Positions 1 to 11,156 of a stretch of 29,506 nucleotides of DNA are shown here, in pieces. The position numbers were made by a program, and so were the translations under genes. The number at the start of each line of letters is the position of its first letter. Positions within the stretch are counted from its first letter, which is position 1. Origin of the DNA: Tubiluchus corallicola. Its lineage: Eukaryota; Animalia; Priapulida. The notes under the pieces are model-generated. The model was given only the letters and a program-made list of their open reading frames with translations, searched no databases and was not told the origin of the DNA. The stretch is from contig JAQGDQ010001685.1 in assembly GCA_030141605.1 (NCBI GenBank), positions 1 through 29,506 of the forward strand, given 5' to 3'.

Positions 1-45
1 TTTCAGCTTATAAAACTGTATCTGGAATAAAAACTCTTTTTTCAG

Positions 46-200
46 CTTATAAAACTGTGTCTGGAGTCAATGGCCCTCTAGTCATTCTTGATGATGTCAA
101 ATTTCCAAAGTTTGCTGAAATAGTTCGTCTTACTCTTGCCGATGGAACGATACGAAGTGGTCAAATTTTAGAAGTCAGCGGCTCTAAAGCAGTTGTTCAG
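46..200 (+). other. ATP6V1B: Inverted duplicate of V-ATPase B exon 2 in the left arm of the palindrome; either a real duplicate or an assembly fold-back
   Basis: Reverse complement of 1625-1779 with the same splice sites. Confidence 0.85.
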
Positions 201-644
201 GTAAGACTTTTTCAATTGCTGTGTACATTTGTGGGATCTTTATTCGCTTTGTTAGACTGTTATCCAGTATTCATTAGTAGGTCAATGCGATGTTTGTGAT
301 ACCTGTGCCATCCTGTTTTATTTCTTATACAGTTTGTTACAAAAAGATGTATGTAGTAGTGGAAATCTTTGGAAATCTTTTATTGAGTCACGCACACTAA
401 GATGATTACCTGAGGTCATTCGCACGACCACGTCATAATACAACGTACACAGAAATATAGTTTTGTGGTACCCTTTGGCACAGTTCAATTCACTTCAATT
501 CAACTCAAAGGTTTATTTATCTCTAATATAATATTTATAGCGCAAATACAACAAATTATAAAAAGTATGTAGAGATGGGGTGGCGAAAGACCAGGAGGTC
601 ATCGAGTCAGCCACCCCTATATAACTTAGAAATATTATAAAGCA

Positions 645-1180
645 CGGCAGACTACATGGCATACTAAAATAACTCTATGCTCTTAGGTAAACTAAAATAA
701 CTCTATGCACTTAGGCAGACTACATGGCTTACTAAAATAACTCTATGCCTAGGCAAATTAAATGTAAACTAAAATAACTCATACTTAGGCAGACTACATG
801 ACATACTAAAATAACTCTATGTTCTTAGGTAAACTAAATGTAAACTAAAATAACTCTATGCCATGTAGTCTGCCTAAGTGCATAGAGTTATTTTAGTTTA
901 CATTTAGTTTACCTAAGAGCATAGAGTTATTTTAGTATGCCATGTAGTCTGCCTAAGTGCATAGAGTTATTTTAGTTTACATTTAGTTTACCTAAGAACA
1001 TAGAGTTATTTTAGTATGTCATGTAGTCTGCCTAAGTGCATAGAGTTATTTTAGTTTACATTTAATTTGCCTAAGAGCATAGAGTTATTTTAGTAAGCCA
1101 TGTAGTCTGCCTAAGTGCATAGAGTTATTTTAGTTTACCTAAGAGCATAGAGTTATTTTAGTATGCCATGTAGTCTGCCG
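645..1180. repeat. Minisatellite with a ~79-bp unit in V-ATPase intron 2, present in both orientations around the fold
   Basis: catgtagtctgcc recurs at about 862, 941, 1020, 1099 and 1167; inverted copies lie in 645-860. Confidence 0.9.
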
Positions 1181-1199
1181 TGCTTTATAATATTTATAA

Positions 1200-1345
1200 G
1201 TTATATAGGGGTGGCTGACTCGATGACCTCCTGGTCTTTCGCCACCCCATCTCTACGTACTTTTTATAATTTGTTGTATTTGCGCTACAAATATTATATT
1301 AGAGATAAATAAACCTTTGAGCTGAATTGAAGTGAATTGAACTGT
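1200..1345 (+). mobile_element. Probable LINE (L2/CR1-group) 3'-end remnant, mirrored at about 480-625
   Basis: Stem-loop GGGGTGGC...GCCACCCC followed by AATAAA and a (TTGAA)-like repeat tail. Confidence 0.4.
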
Positions 1346-1624
1346 GCCAAAGGGTACCACAAAACTATATTTCTGTGTACGTTGTATTATGACGTGGTCG
1401 TGCGAATGACCTCAGGTAATCATCTTAGTGTGCGTGACTCAATAAAAGATTTCCAAAGATTTCCACTACTACATACATCTTTTTGTAACAAACTGTATAA
1501 GAAATAAAACAGGATGGCACAGGTATCACAAACATCGCATTGACCTACTAATGAATACTGGATAACAGTCTAACAAAGCGAATAAAGATCCCACAAATGT
1601 ACACAGCAATTGAAAAAGTCTTAC

Positions 1625-1779
1625 CTGAACAACTGCTTTAGAGCCGCTGACTTCTAAAATTTGACCACTTCGTATCGTTCCATCGGCAAGAGTAAGACGA
1701 ACTATTTCAGCAAACTTTGGAAATTTGACATCATCAAGAATGACTAGAGGGCCATTGACTCCAGACACAGTTTTATAAG
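1625..1779 (-). CDS. ATP6V1B: V-ATPase subunit B coding exon 2; later exons are not present in the window
   Basis: ttcag|CT...CAG|gtaaga; [51 protein letters not shown]. Confidence 0.93.
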
Positions 1780-2149
1780 CTGAAAAAAGAGTTTTTATTC
1801 CAGATACAGTTTTATAAGCTGAAAGAGTTTTTATTATGGATTTACGATTAGCATGAACCACTTTTAAATGGTCTACTCAATTTCCTCGCAAGAGTGATAA
1901 AATTTGCAATTTTTTGAGCAGCTGAATCAGTTTTATCAGCTTGTGACTTTTCCATGTGATTGCTTTGTATTTCAATTGCGCTAAATAAATTTGAATGCAG
2001 AATATTCATACAATAGGTCAAATCAGAACTTTCACGAAGAAAATGTCTAGATTCAGGTAACTGTACTTGAGCATTCAAACAAGGTTCTAGAGAATTTACA
2101 TTAGAGATCCAATCTGAGTATACATTTTTTTCTATAAATATATACTTAC

Positions 2150-2246
2150 TTATGCGTGGCTGAGTCTTGTAATTTCTCGTAACTGCTAAAGCATTTTCTC
2201 TACCAGCCTGGATCACAGGATCAACCATCATCTTCGTGTGCGCCAT
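2150..2246 (-). CDS. ATP6V1B: V-type proton ATPase subunit B, coding exon 1 (MAHTKMMVDPVIQAGRENALAVTRNYKTQPRI)
   Basis: caacATGG context. AVTRNY.TQPR is typical of the V-ATPase B N-terminus. The phase-1 donor A|gtaagt joins exon 2 to give [15 protein letters not shown]. An alternative in-frame ATG lies at 2291. Confidence 0.85.
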
Positions 2247-2279
2247 GTTGACTCTACTGTACCCAGAATACCCGGTGAT

Positions 2280-2289
2280 GTCACGTGGC
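2280..2289. promoter_or_regulatory. CLEAR/E-box-like element GTCACGTGGC just upstream of the V-ATPase B start codon
   Basis: 9/10 match to the CLEAR consensus GTCACGTGAC, about 35 nt upstream of the ATG at 2246. Confidence 0.5.
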
Positions 2290-2809
2290 ATTTGATCATT
2301 TCATAATACGCAAAATAGGGGTGCGCTGCCTCGGGTAAGCTGGTATGGATGACTTAATTACGGGGAGGGACTGACAGAATGCAACTTAGTACGAGTAAGT
2401 GCAGTGTATGCGCTATTACAATGTTTTGCAGCAACAAAAAGTAAATGCAAAAGCAAAGACAATGTTTAGATTTTCAGTAGACAAAATCAAGTTATTTGAT
2501 AATTAAACTTTTATTTATTACCAATCAAAAACTTTGTTCAAATTAATTTTTTTGTATTCATTCACGCCAATAAATAAATTAACACTGCATAAGTTTTCTC
2601 ATAATGTTGACTTGATGTGTCCTTATGTGCTGATGATTTATCATTTTTGTATGTTACATATTGTTCTGTATGAATTTGAACAGATTAGCATTGTATATAA
2701 TAAATCTAATCTAATCATAATTATTGTTATTGATAACTTTTTACACAGCTAATGAAAAACACTAATCATGCTCATCATGTTCCTTGGCAAAAGAGATCTT
2801 CTTGTGTAT

Positions 2810-3600
2810 ACAGTTTAAGTATAAGATCCCAATAAAGGCTTGAGACTGTAGACCTTGTGAACTGCTTCAAAGTAATTAGTGGAAATACTGTTCTGACTGA
2901 GGCAGATTGTTCGAGGCCTCACAGAGTTCTTCGTGGTCATGAGTCCAAGTTATTTGTACAACCAGCTAGAACCAACATCAGATCACACTTCTTTGGGCAT
3001 CGTGTAGTTCAACCATGGAATCACTAATGTTAACCAGATATGAAATACCATCACACCAGTACAACAACATACACACTAATTCAGAATTCATATATCCACG
3101 GCCATATTAATTAAATCATAGTTTTTAAATTTTTTTGTTCATAGTTGTAAATAGGTTTGATTTTATTCGTCGTTACTTTCTATTACTGCACAGTAGTTTA
3201 GATTGCACTGACGCATTTGCCTTTAGCAGTGTAAGTTTTTATTAACTAACACTGATTGATCATCTCTGTAAAGTTTTTATCAGTGATTATCAATGTATTT
3301 TAATGGCATACAAAGATTATATATATATATATTATCATGCTTCATCATCAATCATCAATGCCTCATCAGCTGACAGTTTCAAAAGGCATTTGAAAGAGAA
3401 CCATTTATAAATAGTTACCATCTAGGTTCTTATTTCTTTGGATAAGGTGTTCTAGGTAAGGTATAGATCTAATTACACTTACAACCACTATCTCTTTTCA
3501 TTTAAATTACTATGCAGATATGCAAATATTTTTATCTTTGTACTGAAATTGCAAATTGAAAGTTGCATTATGGAATTTTGAAATAAATAAAAAAACGGCA
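2810..3600 (+). mobile_element. Degraded CR1-like LINE ORF2 C-terminus and tail, interrupted by other sequence at about 3028-3340
   Basis: Translates to VLRGHESKLFVQPARTNIRSHFFGHRVVQPWN, then resumes as SSIINASSADSFKRHL. This matches the CR1 pattern RGH..KL....R..FF..RVV..WN.LP..V..A.S...FK. Confidence 0.65.
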
Positions 3601-4699
3601 GAACTCACTTGATTTAAATGGTTGAGGCGGGACCCCAATCTAGCTAGTTATCAAAGACAGTATTCTAAGACACTAGGCCAGCACTGGCATTTCAGCTACC
3701 CTGGGGGTCAATACACAACTCCTCTTTCAACAAAAGAAAATGATAAAAACCCACATCACCATAAGTAAAGCAATTGGTTAAAGTCTATTTATTCTTGTGG
3801 TTAATGCTGCTTGCTGATTATTGTTGTTTATTGCATGGCTGCAAGATAGTTTAATCTTGCATCGTCAAGCATTTAATCTTGAATTATTAATTTAATTATT
3901 TAACCACCAATTTAATCAAAATCATTATTTAACACAGCTTTCCTTTACTCTGTAAACAGTAAACGAAAATGCATAGAAATATGTTTTTCAGTAATCACCC
4001 AATCAATTACTTTCCAGGCGCATTACCATGACCAGTTCTATTATTTACACGATAATTTATTTTTGACTGTCTAAGAATTATGCTTGTGTTATGAAGTATA
4101 TTTCAGTTGCCATTGTTCTTATGTTTCCGTTAGATTTTTATTTTCAGTTCTTGTTTGATTTTTTTATTATGCACTTATTATTACTGTGTAGGAATTGTAT
4201 TAACATGTTATAAGCATATCAATTTAATGTCATTCGTAACAATTAAATCTTTATTATAAGCAGTACTAACACTAATACAATGTAACATAGCGCCTATAAA
4301 AATGTTCATCACTAACCAAAGGGCAGCTGACCAGATGACCAATTGGTCTTTCGCTGCCCTTTCTTCACATTTATGTTTCCAAATTAATTGCATTATAACT
4401 GTGCGTGTGTTGCAAGATAAATAAAAAGATTATTATTATTGTTATCATTATTATGATACCATTCTAAATGCTGAGCTGCTGATACCGTCACTTTACTACT
4501 GTCGCAATGGTCTTGTTTTTCCATCTGCGGATTTGCTCTCTGCTTTTAGTAACTCCCTGCAGTTTTGTATGCGGTCAACAAACAGAACATTATATGAAAC
4601 ATCAAAAACTGTGTTCTATTAATTTAATAAATTTCACTGTGCTCACCGACAGTTTATAATAACAGCACAATTGAGGCGGTTTGTTATTAGTTTTACAGA

Positions 4700-4890
4700 A
4701 ATTCAGCAGGTGGCAGCACTTGCTATGCTAGAAAGTACTTCACAATAATTCAGCAGGTGGCAGCACCTGCTATGCTAGAAAGTACTTTACAATAATTCAG
4801 CAGGTGGCAGCACCTGCTATGCTAGAAAGTACTTTACAATAATTCAGCAGGTGGCAGCACTTGCTATGCTACAAAGTACTTTATAATAAT
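4700..4890. repeat. 47-bp tandem repeat, 4 copies
   Basis: cagcaggtggcagcac at 4704, 4751, 4798 and 4845. Confidence 0.95.
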
Positions 4891-5386
4891 GATATAAGAA
4901 AAGTAAATTATATAAACTATTTTTTTCAACTTGAATAAGCTATTTGAAAATTACTTAATTATCCGCAACCAGAGATAGCCAGTAATTAGTTATGATTAGC
5001 AATTTGTAGTTTTGAGCTGACAGGAAGTAAATGATTGTTAATTACAAGTTAATTAAGTTTGAAAATGATAAAAACATCAGTGCTGTACACACAACCTACT
5101 GTCAAAAATTAACTAATTACACTGTCATGTATGACAAATGCAGTCAAAGAAGTTCAATGTGCACTGCAAAACAAAGTTACAATAAAATGGCGAATATCAT
5201 TATCTAAGTACAGATGTAAGAACATGACGTTGTTCTCAAACAGAACTAAAGGACTCGGCGCATCTCATTTTGGTCACCTCTTTTTGAAAAGAAATATTAC
5301 TTGGTTGTTAATGCGCAATTAAAAAAAGACACGGAAAAGCACTTGTGTCCAAGAACTTTCTTCACTTTCTCCGCCCACCAACGCCA

Positions 5387-5854
5387 GTCCCAATTTTTCG
5401 TAACCTTTTTCCTATGTAGAAATCTTCGTATATAAGGTACTCGGATATAAGGGACTTTCGGTTATAAGGGACGATATCTTCAGGTCCCGCAAAATAGAAA
5501 CCCAGGTAAATTAAGTCGCATATAAGGAACATTATGATCAAAGCGATATTGATCGATTTTTAACCTCAATTTTTCGCAAACTCGGCCTTCGAACAGCTCG
5601 GTTTCCACGGTTACATACATCTCGCATCACTGAAGGAGCTTCCTGCATACCGTTTGCACTGAATGTGTAACAATAATCCATAAAAATATGGGTAAAAGTA
5701 GAGAAACTACAGGTCTAGGTACACCCTCGGTCTGACTCAACTTCGGCTATAAGGGACGGTTTTTTCCGGTCCCGGGGTGTCCCTTGTATCAGAGGTTGAG
5801 CTATAAGGAACAGTTTTTTCTGGTTCCGAGGTGTCCCTTATATCCGAGGTTGAC
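5387..5854. mobile_element. MITE family A copy (Tc1/mariner-pogo-like), one end truncated
   Basis: Ends in cccttatatccgaggttgac; the interior is the reverse complement of 17521-18002. Confidence 0.85.
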
Positions 5855-5867
5855 AATTACTTGGGTT

Positions 5868-5873
5868 TTTAAT
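5868..5873 (-). terminator. Possible DDX56 polyadenylation signal (ATTAAA)
   Basis: ATTAAA on the minus strand about 50 nt after the stop codon; motif match only. Confidence 0.3.
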
Positions 5874-5922
5874 CTAAAATTCACAAATGCCAAGGAAGAA
5901 AAATTGTGTCTAAGAATTTTCT

Positions 5923-6009
5923 TCACTTTTTCCGACGTCGTTTTTTGCTCTTATTTAACTCTTTTAGACCATCAAACTCAAAGCTTTGAAGAGGATCCTC
6001 TTTTCGTTT
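5923..6009 (-). CDS. DDX56: DDX56 terminal coding exon 13 ([28 protein letters not shown])
   Basis: tttcag acceptor in phase 0. DPL.SF is typical of DDX56/DBP9 C-termini, followed by a basic tail and TGA at 5925-5923. Confidence 0.88.
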   Translation of the reverse strand, partial: KRKEDPLQSFEFDGLKELNKSKKRRRKK

Positions 6010-8529
6010 CTGAAAAATAAAACAAACTGAATTAACTCTTCCTGCCGACTGCAAGCAAAGCTTGGCGCGCAATTTGGATGGCAGCACGATCCAGCGTTTG
6101 ATACGGCCCGAGGAATCTGTATTCTGTTAAGCTCTGAATGCAAAATCACCACAGAACCAAAAATCTTCAAAATCTGGATGCATGAAATTGAGCAGGATAC
6201 TGGGATGCATGAAATTTAGCAGGATACTGCGATCCAGGTTTCGACTGCGGAGCCTGACGCTGAGTGAACAGAAGAAAGTTATTTTAATTACTCTAAATTT
6301 TTACATTATATTTTCATCATGCTTTCCATTTTACTTATACACAGTGCTGCCACCTTCAGGCATTCTTGTCAAAATTGTTAAATCTGCCTCTTTACTATTT
6401 CAAATTTCGTTGGCTTCTACAGTCTTTATGAAAGCATAATTTCTAAACCTGTTTTCACACCTAAATGATTTCACCTGTAGTTTTGGTCACTTGGTTTTCT
6501 GCTTTTCAACATGATACTACTTCACTGTTTATGTAGACACTTCAGAATAAAATATTAAAACTAAATTTCAAGTTTTTTTTGGTTTCTTCAAACCTCTGAG
6601 TAATTGACATGGGACCTACGCAGGATCTAATCTCTTGCATTACAGGGCTGCCATTTCAATTTCAAGTTTTTTTTGGATTCTTCAAACCTCTGAGTAACTG
6701 ACATGGGACCTACGCAGGATCTAATCTCTTGCATTACAGGGCTGCCGTTTCAATTTCAAGTTTTTTTTTGGATTCTTCAAACCTCTGAGTAACTGACATG
6801 GGAGCTACGCAGGATCTAATCTCTTGCAATACAAGGCTGCAGTCTCACTACAAACATCAATGCTAAATATGCAATGTGGAGCTTCAACTTGCATTGTCCA
6901 AAATCGTACAAAAAATGAAAAACTTAACACCAATGTTAACTTCGGTCGCGTCGGCGTAACTTCTCAGCCGTGCGCCCCACCTTATTCAAAAATCTCCTTA
7001 CCTTGTACTTTATCTGTGATTTTGAAGGAACGGGAGGAGGTGGCTGTCGTCTCCTCTCCTTTGGCTTCACCTTCGTGCCACGCATGTAACGCAACGTCGG
7101 AGGCACCAAGTAGTCGGGAACGTGCTTCAAATGTGGCTGAATTCTGACCGTGTGCAGCGGCTTGTCGTGTTTCAGAGCTTGCAAATCTTTGGGATTGTCC
7201 TCAAAATACGACTAAAAAAACAGCATTGTGTATAATGTTCTAACATTTAGGCTTGAATTAAAGCAAAGGATCACAAGTCTTTATGTTGGTGTCAAGCCAT
7301 TTAATCTAGCATTCTATAATTATTTGTTTTCTTTTGTTTAGGAAAACCAAAGTAAATATTGGTCCTAGAAATGTGATAACCACAGAGGCTATGCTAGGTG
7401 CGAGCACATGTCTTTAGGTTGTACTGAAGTTTATCGCAAAGCAGCGGCCGACCAGCAAGTGGCACCTGGCATTTGTTAGTAAAGTAGTTTGTACTAGAGA
7501 GAAGAGAATTATGTAATAAATGTGAAAGAGGAAAAGTTAGGTAGGTCGGTAAGAACAGGATAGCAATAAATAAAAGTTTGGAGAAAGAAGGTCATGGGAG
7601 CAGGTTTACATATTACAGTTTTAGTTTTTTGAGAGGTGATTATATTCTCATTTTTGTAGGAGTGTAATTATAATCATAAAATAGTTTGTATTAATGGAGA
7701 GAAATTTTATATACGTATAGTTATAATATTTTGCAAAGAATATGTTATGAAGGGAGTAAGGAAAACAAAAAACAATTACAGGATTTTGGAGTCGTCAGGA
7801 GGAATTTGAGAGTCGAGTTTCGGCTGTTTACTCCTGCATTATATAATTATTTGTTTTCTTTTCCGTATGTTTACAAACATGCATTTCCTCAAAGTGTTTA
7901 AAACGAAGCCAGCCTTAGTCATGTGACATAAGCTTTAGTAGTATACGCCACCTATCAATCACAGTTGTTTTTACCCGTAGTTAGATTTTCTGTTGCCGCT
8001 ATGCTGATCATGCCGTTTGGTGATAATGCATTGCTTTGTTACAATTTTGTTACAATTTAACAGTCACTAGTTGTATTTTCAAGCCAAAGTTGTCACCAGT
8101 AAATGTAAGTCACCATCTACTTTAATAATTAGTTAATAGTTTAAATTGGTTAGAATTGCTTCAAATCTCTAGAATCATAAAGTAATAATTTGTGTTTCAG
8201 TCTTCTTAAATCTAACTTTTCATTTTGTCTAAATAGTAATAACCTTTAGCATGTTCTTAAGCACTTTTTGTGATCTGTTATTATAATAAATTGCAGGTCT
8301 ATCTCGCAGTTCAATACTGATTTTTGCCGTTTCTTTGCCTGGACTGGTCGCATCCACACTTCCCGTTGCCGTACTTCTAATTAGTGAAAAAAATGTGAAA
8401 ATTCTGACACTTGCGTGATGTCAGTTGTCGAGCAGGCAAAGTTCGACTTAAAAGTTAAAAAAAGTGAATTTTAAGGTATATCTCAAAAACTTGAAATACA
8501 AAGTTATATTATTTAGCAGTAAATTATTT

Positions 8530-8599
<70 letters not shown>

Positions 8600-8635
8600 T
8601 AGTAATAATAATAATAACAACAAAAACAATAGCAA

Positions 8636-8670
<35 letters not shown>

Positions 8671-11122
8671 ATAATAATAATAATAATAATAATAAAAATA
8701 ATAATAATCTTTATTTAAAGTCGGCTTTTGAGTCAACAATTAACATTAGCTCAAAGAGCTATTATTGCCGACTGTAAATAACAACCTACAACTACATAAC
8801 AGAGACTATTATTGCCCCACTTTAACCCTAAAATACCACGCGTCAGGCAGGGCAACAGCAGGTACCATTTTTAAAGTCTTTGGTATGACCCGGCCGCTGG
8901 TTCGAACTCACGACCTCCCAGACCGAAAGCGGGAGCGTTACCACTACAATAAACCGTCTGGTAAAACCGTTTGTAAGAGACTAGTGTAGCTAAAAAAGAG
9001 AATTCTAACTAATTTAAACCGTTTGTACCACCTGGTAAAACATCACAGTTTCACCATCCCAGTGTACATCACTGGCTCACCAAAAAAACACTTTATTCAT
9101 CTCATTGACAAAATAATACATTTATCTAAATGTGAAACATGCGCTATGAAAGCTCTGATTAGTTTTTGAATGTTACGCAATGTCATCTAAACTTTGTTTT
9201 AAATGACTTACCATCAAAATGGCCACACTTAACTCTTAGCAAACAAATTTTAATCGTTTTGCAAAGCGGTACTGCTAATACAAGCTCTGCATGTAGTTTA
9301 TTCAACTTTACAAACACATTTTAATCGTTTTGCATGCAGTTTATTCAACTTTACAAAGAAGTTTTAATCGTTTTGCAAAGCTGTACTGCTAAAACAAGCT
9401 CTGCATGCAGTTTTTCAGCTTTACAAACAAGTTTTAATCGTTTTGCAAAGCGGTACTGCTAATACAAGCTCTGCATGCCGTTTTTTCAGTTTTACAAACA
9501 AGTTTTAACCGTTTTGCTAAGCAGTACTGCTAATACAAGCTCTGCATGCAGTTTTTTCAGCTTTACAAACAAGTTTTAATCGTTTTGCAAATTAGCCGTA
9601 ATATCATTTACCTTCAGCTTCTTAGAATTCATGATTTCCTGTTTGATTTCTGCCAGCCTGGCTTCCCTCACTGCAACTTTGGTAACAGCTCTCATGGCAT
9701 CCTGAAAAACACACGATTAGTGATGGCTTCATATATTGTATTGTGTTGTGTTGTGTTGTGCTGTGCTGTGCTGTGCTGTGTTGTGTTGTGTTATGTTATG
9801 TTATGTTATGTTATGTTATGTTATGTTATGTTATGTTATGTTATGTTATGTTATGTTATGTTATGTTATGTTATGTTATCTAATTATATAATATTATATT
9901 ATAATACATTACATTACATTACATTATACTATATATTTTATTATATTACATTACATTACATTACACTACACTGCACTGCACTGCACTGCACTGCACTGCA
10001 CTACACTACACTACACTACACTACACTACACTACACTACACTACACTACACTACACTACACTACACTACACTACACTACACTACACTACACTACACTACA
10101 CTACACTGTATTATATTATACAGTCAACCTCGAGTATAAGGTACTCGCTTATAAGGGACATTCGCTTATAAGGGACGACCAACACCGGTCCCGATTTTTT
10201 GTAACATTTTTCCTTATAAAACTCTTCGTACATAAGGTACTCGGGTATAAGGGATTTTCAGTTATAAGGGATGATATCTTTGGGTCCCGCATAAAAGAAA
10301 CCCAGGCAAATTATCTTGCATATAAGGGATGTTCAAACGTTCAAATATTTTTTACATCCTAAAAAAACCCGCGTGGCCCCGACTGTATTCCATTGGTCGG
10401 GTCTTGTGGCTGTGATGATGCGGGTAACTAGTTGGTGGCAAGGGTAATGCCGGTGGATGGTCATGATGGATGAAAGAATTAAGTCAGAGCACAAGGTGTA
10501 TTACATACATTGCGACGGTTCATTGGGCATTACGCTACCAGATGAGGTATTACATACATTGCGACGGTTCATTGGGCATTAGGCTACCAGATGAGGTATA
10601 TAGAGTTCGCAGGTCTAGATACACCCTCGATCCAACTCAACTTCAGCTATAAGGGACAACGGATATAAGGGTGGATTTTTTGCGGTCCGGACGTGTCCCT
10701 TACATCCGAGGTTTACTGTATCATATTACATTGCAGCACATTACTTTATATTACTTGCATCTTAGACTGTGTTTTCTTTACTCTTTACACAATTCAGGAC
10801 ACTATAAGCTGAAAGTGAGATTCAATGCCAGCGCCTACTCGACGTCGATGATTGTGGGAAGACCGGAACGTAGCTGATTGTCAAAGATATGCTCTAATAT
10901 CAGCCAGTGAACCAGCGGAGACGTCTTAGCCACCTTCAGATGTTGTAATAAATCCTCGCGTGAGAGGGGAAAAAGATCCCAGTTAGTATGCCAAATTTTT
11001 GTGGTGGGCCCGATTCGAAAAACAAACCCCCAATGGCATGACACTAGATCGAGTGATGACCTTTCATTTGATGTATAGATCGCCGCAAATGGTGCCGTCG
11101 TCGGAGCTGTAGCCTCGAATCT

Positions 11123-11156
<34 letters not shown>

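Larger units (their letters stand above)
1..1824. repeat. Large near-perfect inverted repeat (position x mirrors about 1825-x), turning at about 857-861
   Basis: 1-860 is the reverse complement of about 960-1824, with a few substitutions and small indels. Confidence 0.95.

Noticed and set aside
57-299. Standalone 80-aa V-ATPase-like protein
   Set aside because: It is exon 2 plus intron read-through past the GT donor at 201.
577-617. Hammerhead ribozyme in the GGGGTGGC...GCCACCCC hairpin
   Set aside because: CUGANGA and GAAA do not occur in the required order on either strand; a LINE 3' stem-loop fits better.
4460-4560. Possible extra minus-strand exon (ELLKAESKSADGKTRPLRQ*)
   Set aside because: The acceptor is weak, there is no recognisable homology, and DDX56 is already complete.
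8885-8950. tRNA gene
   Set aside because: A/B boxes are present, but there is no complete cloverleaf and a SINE body and tail follow.
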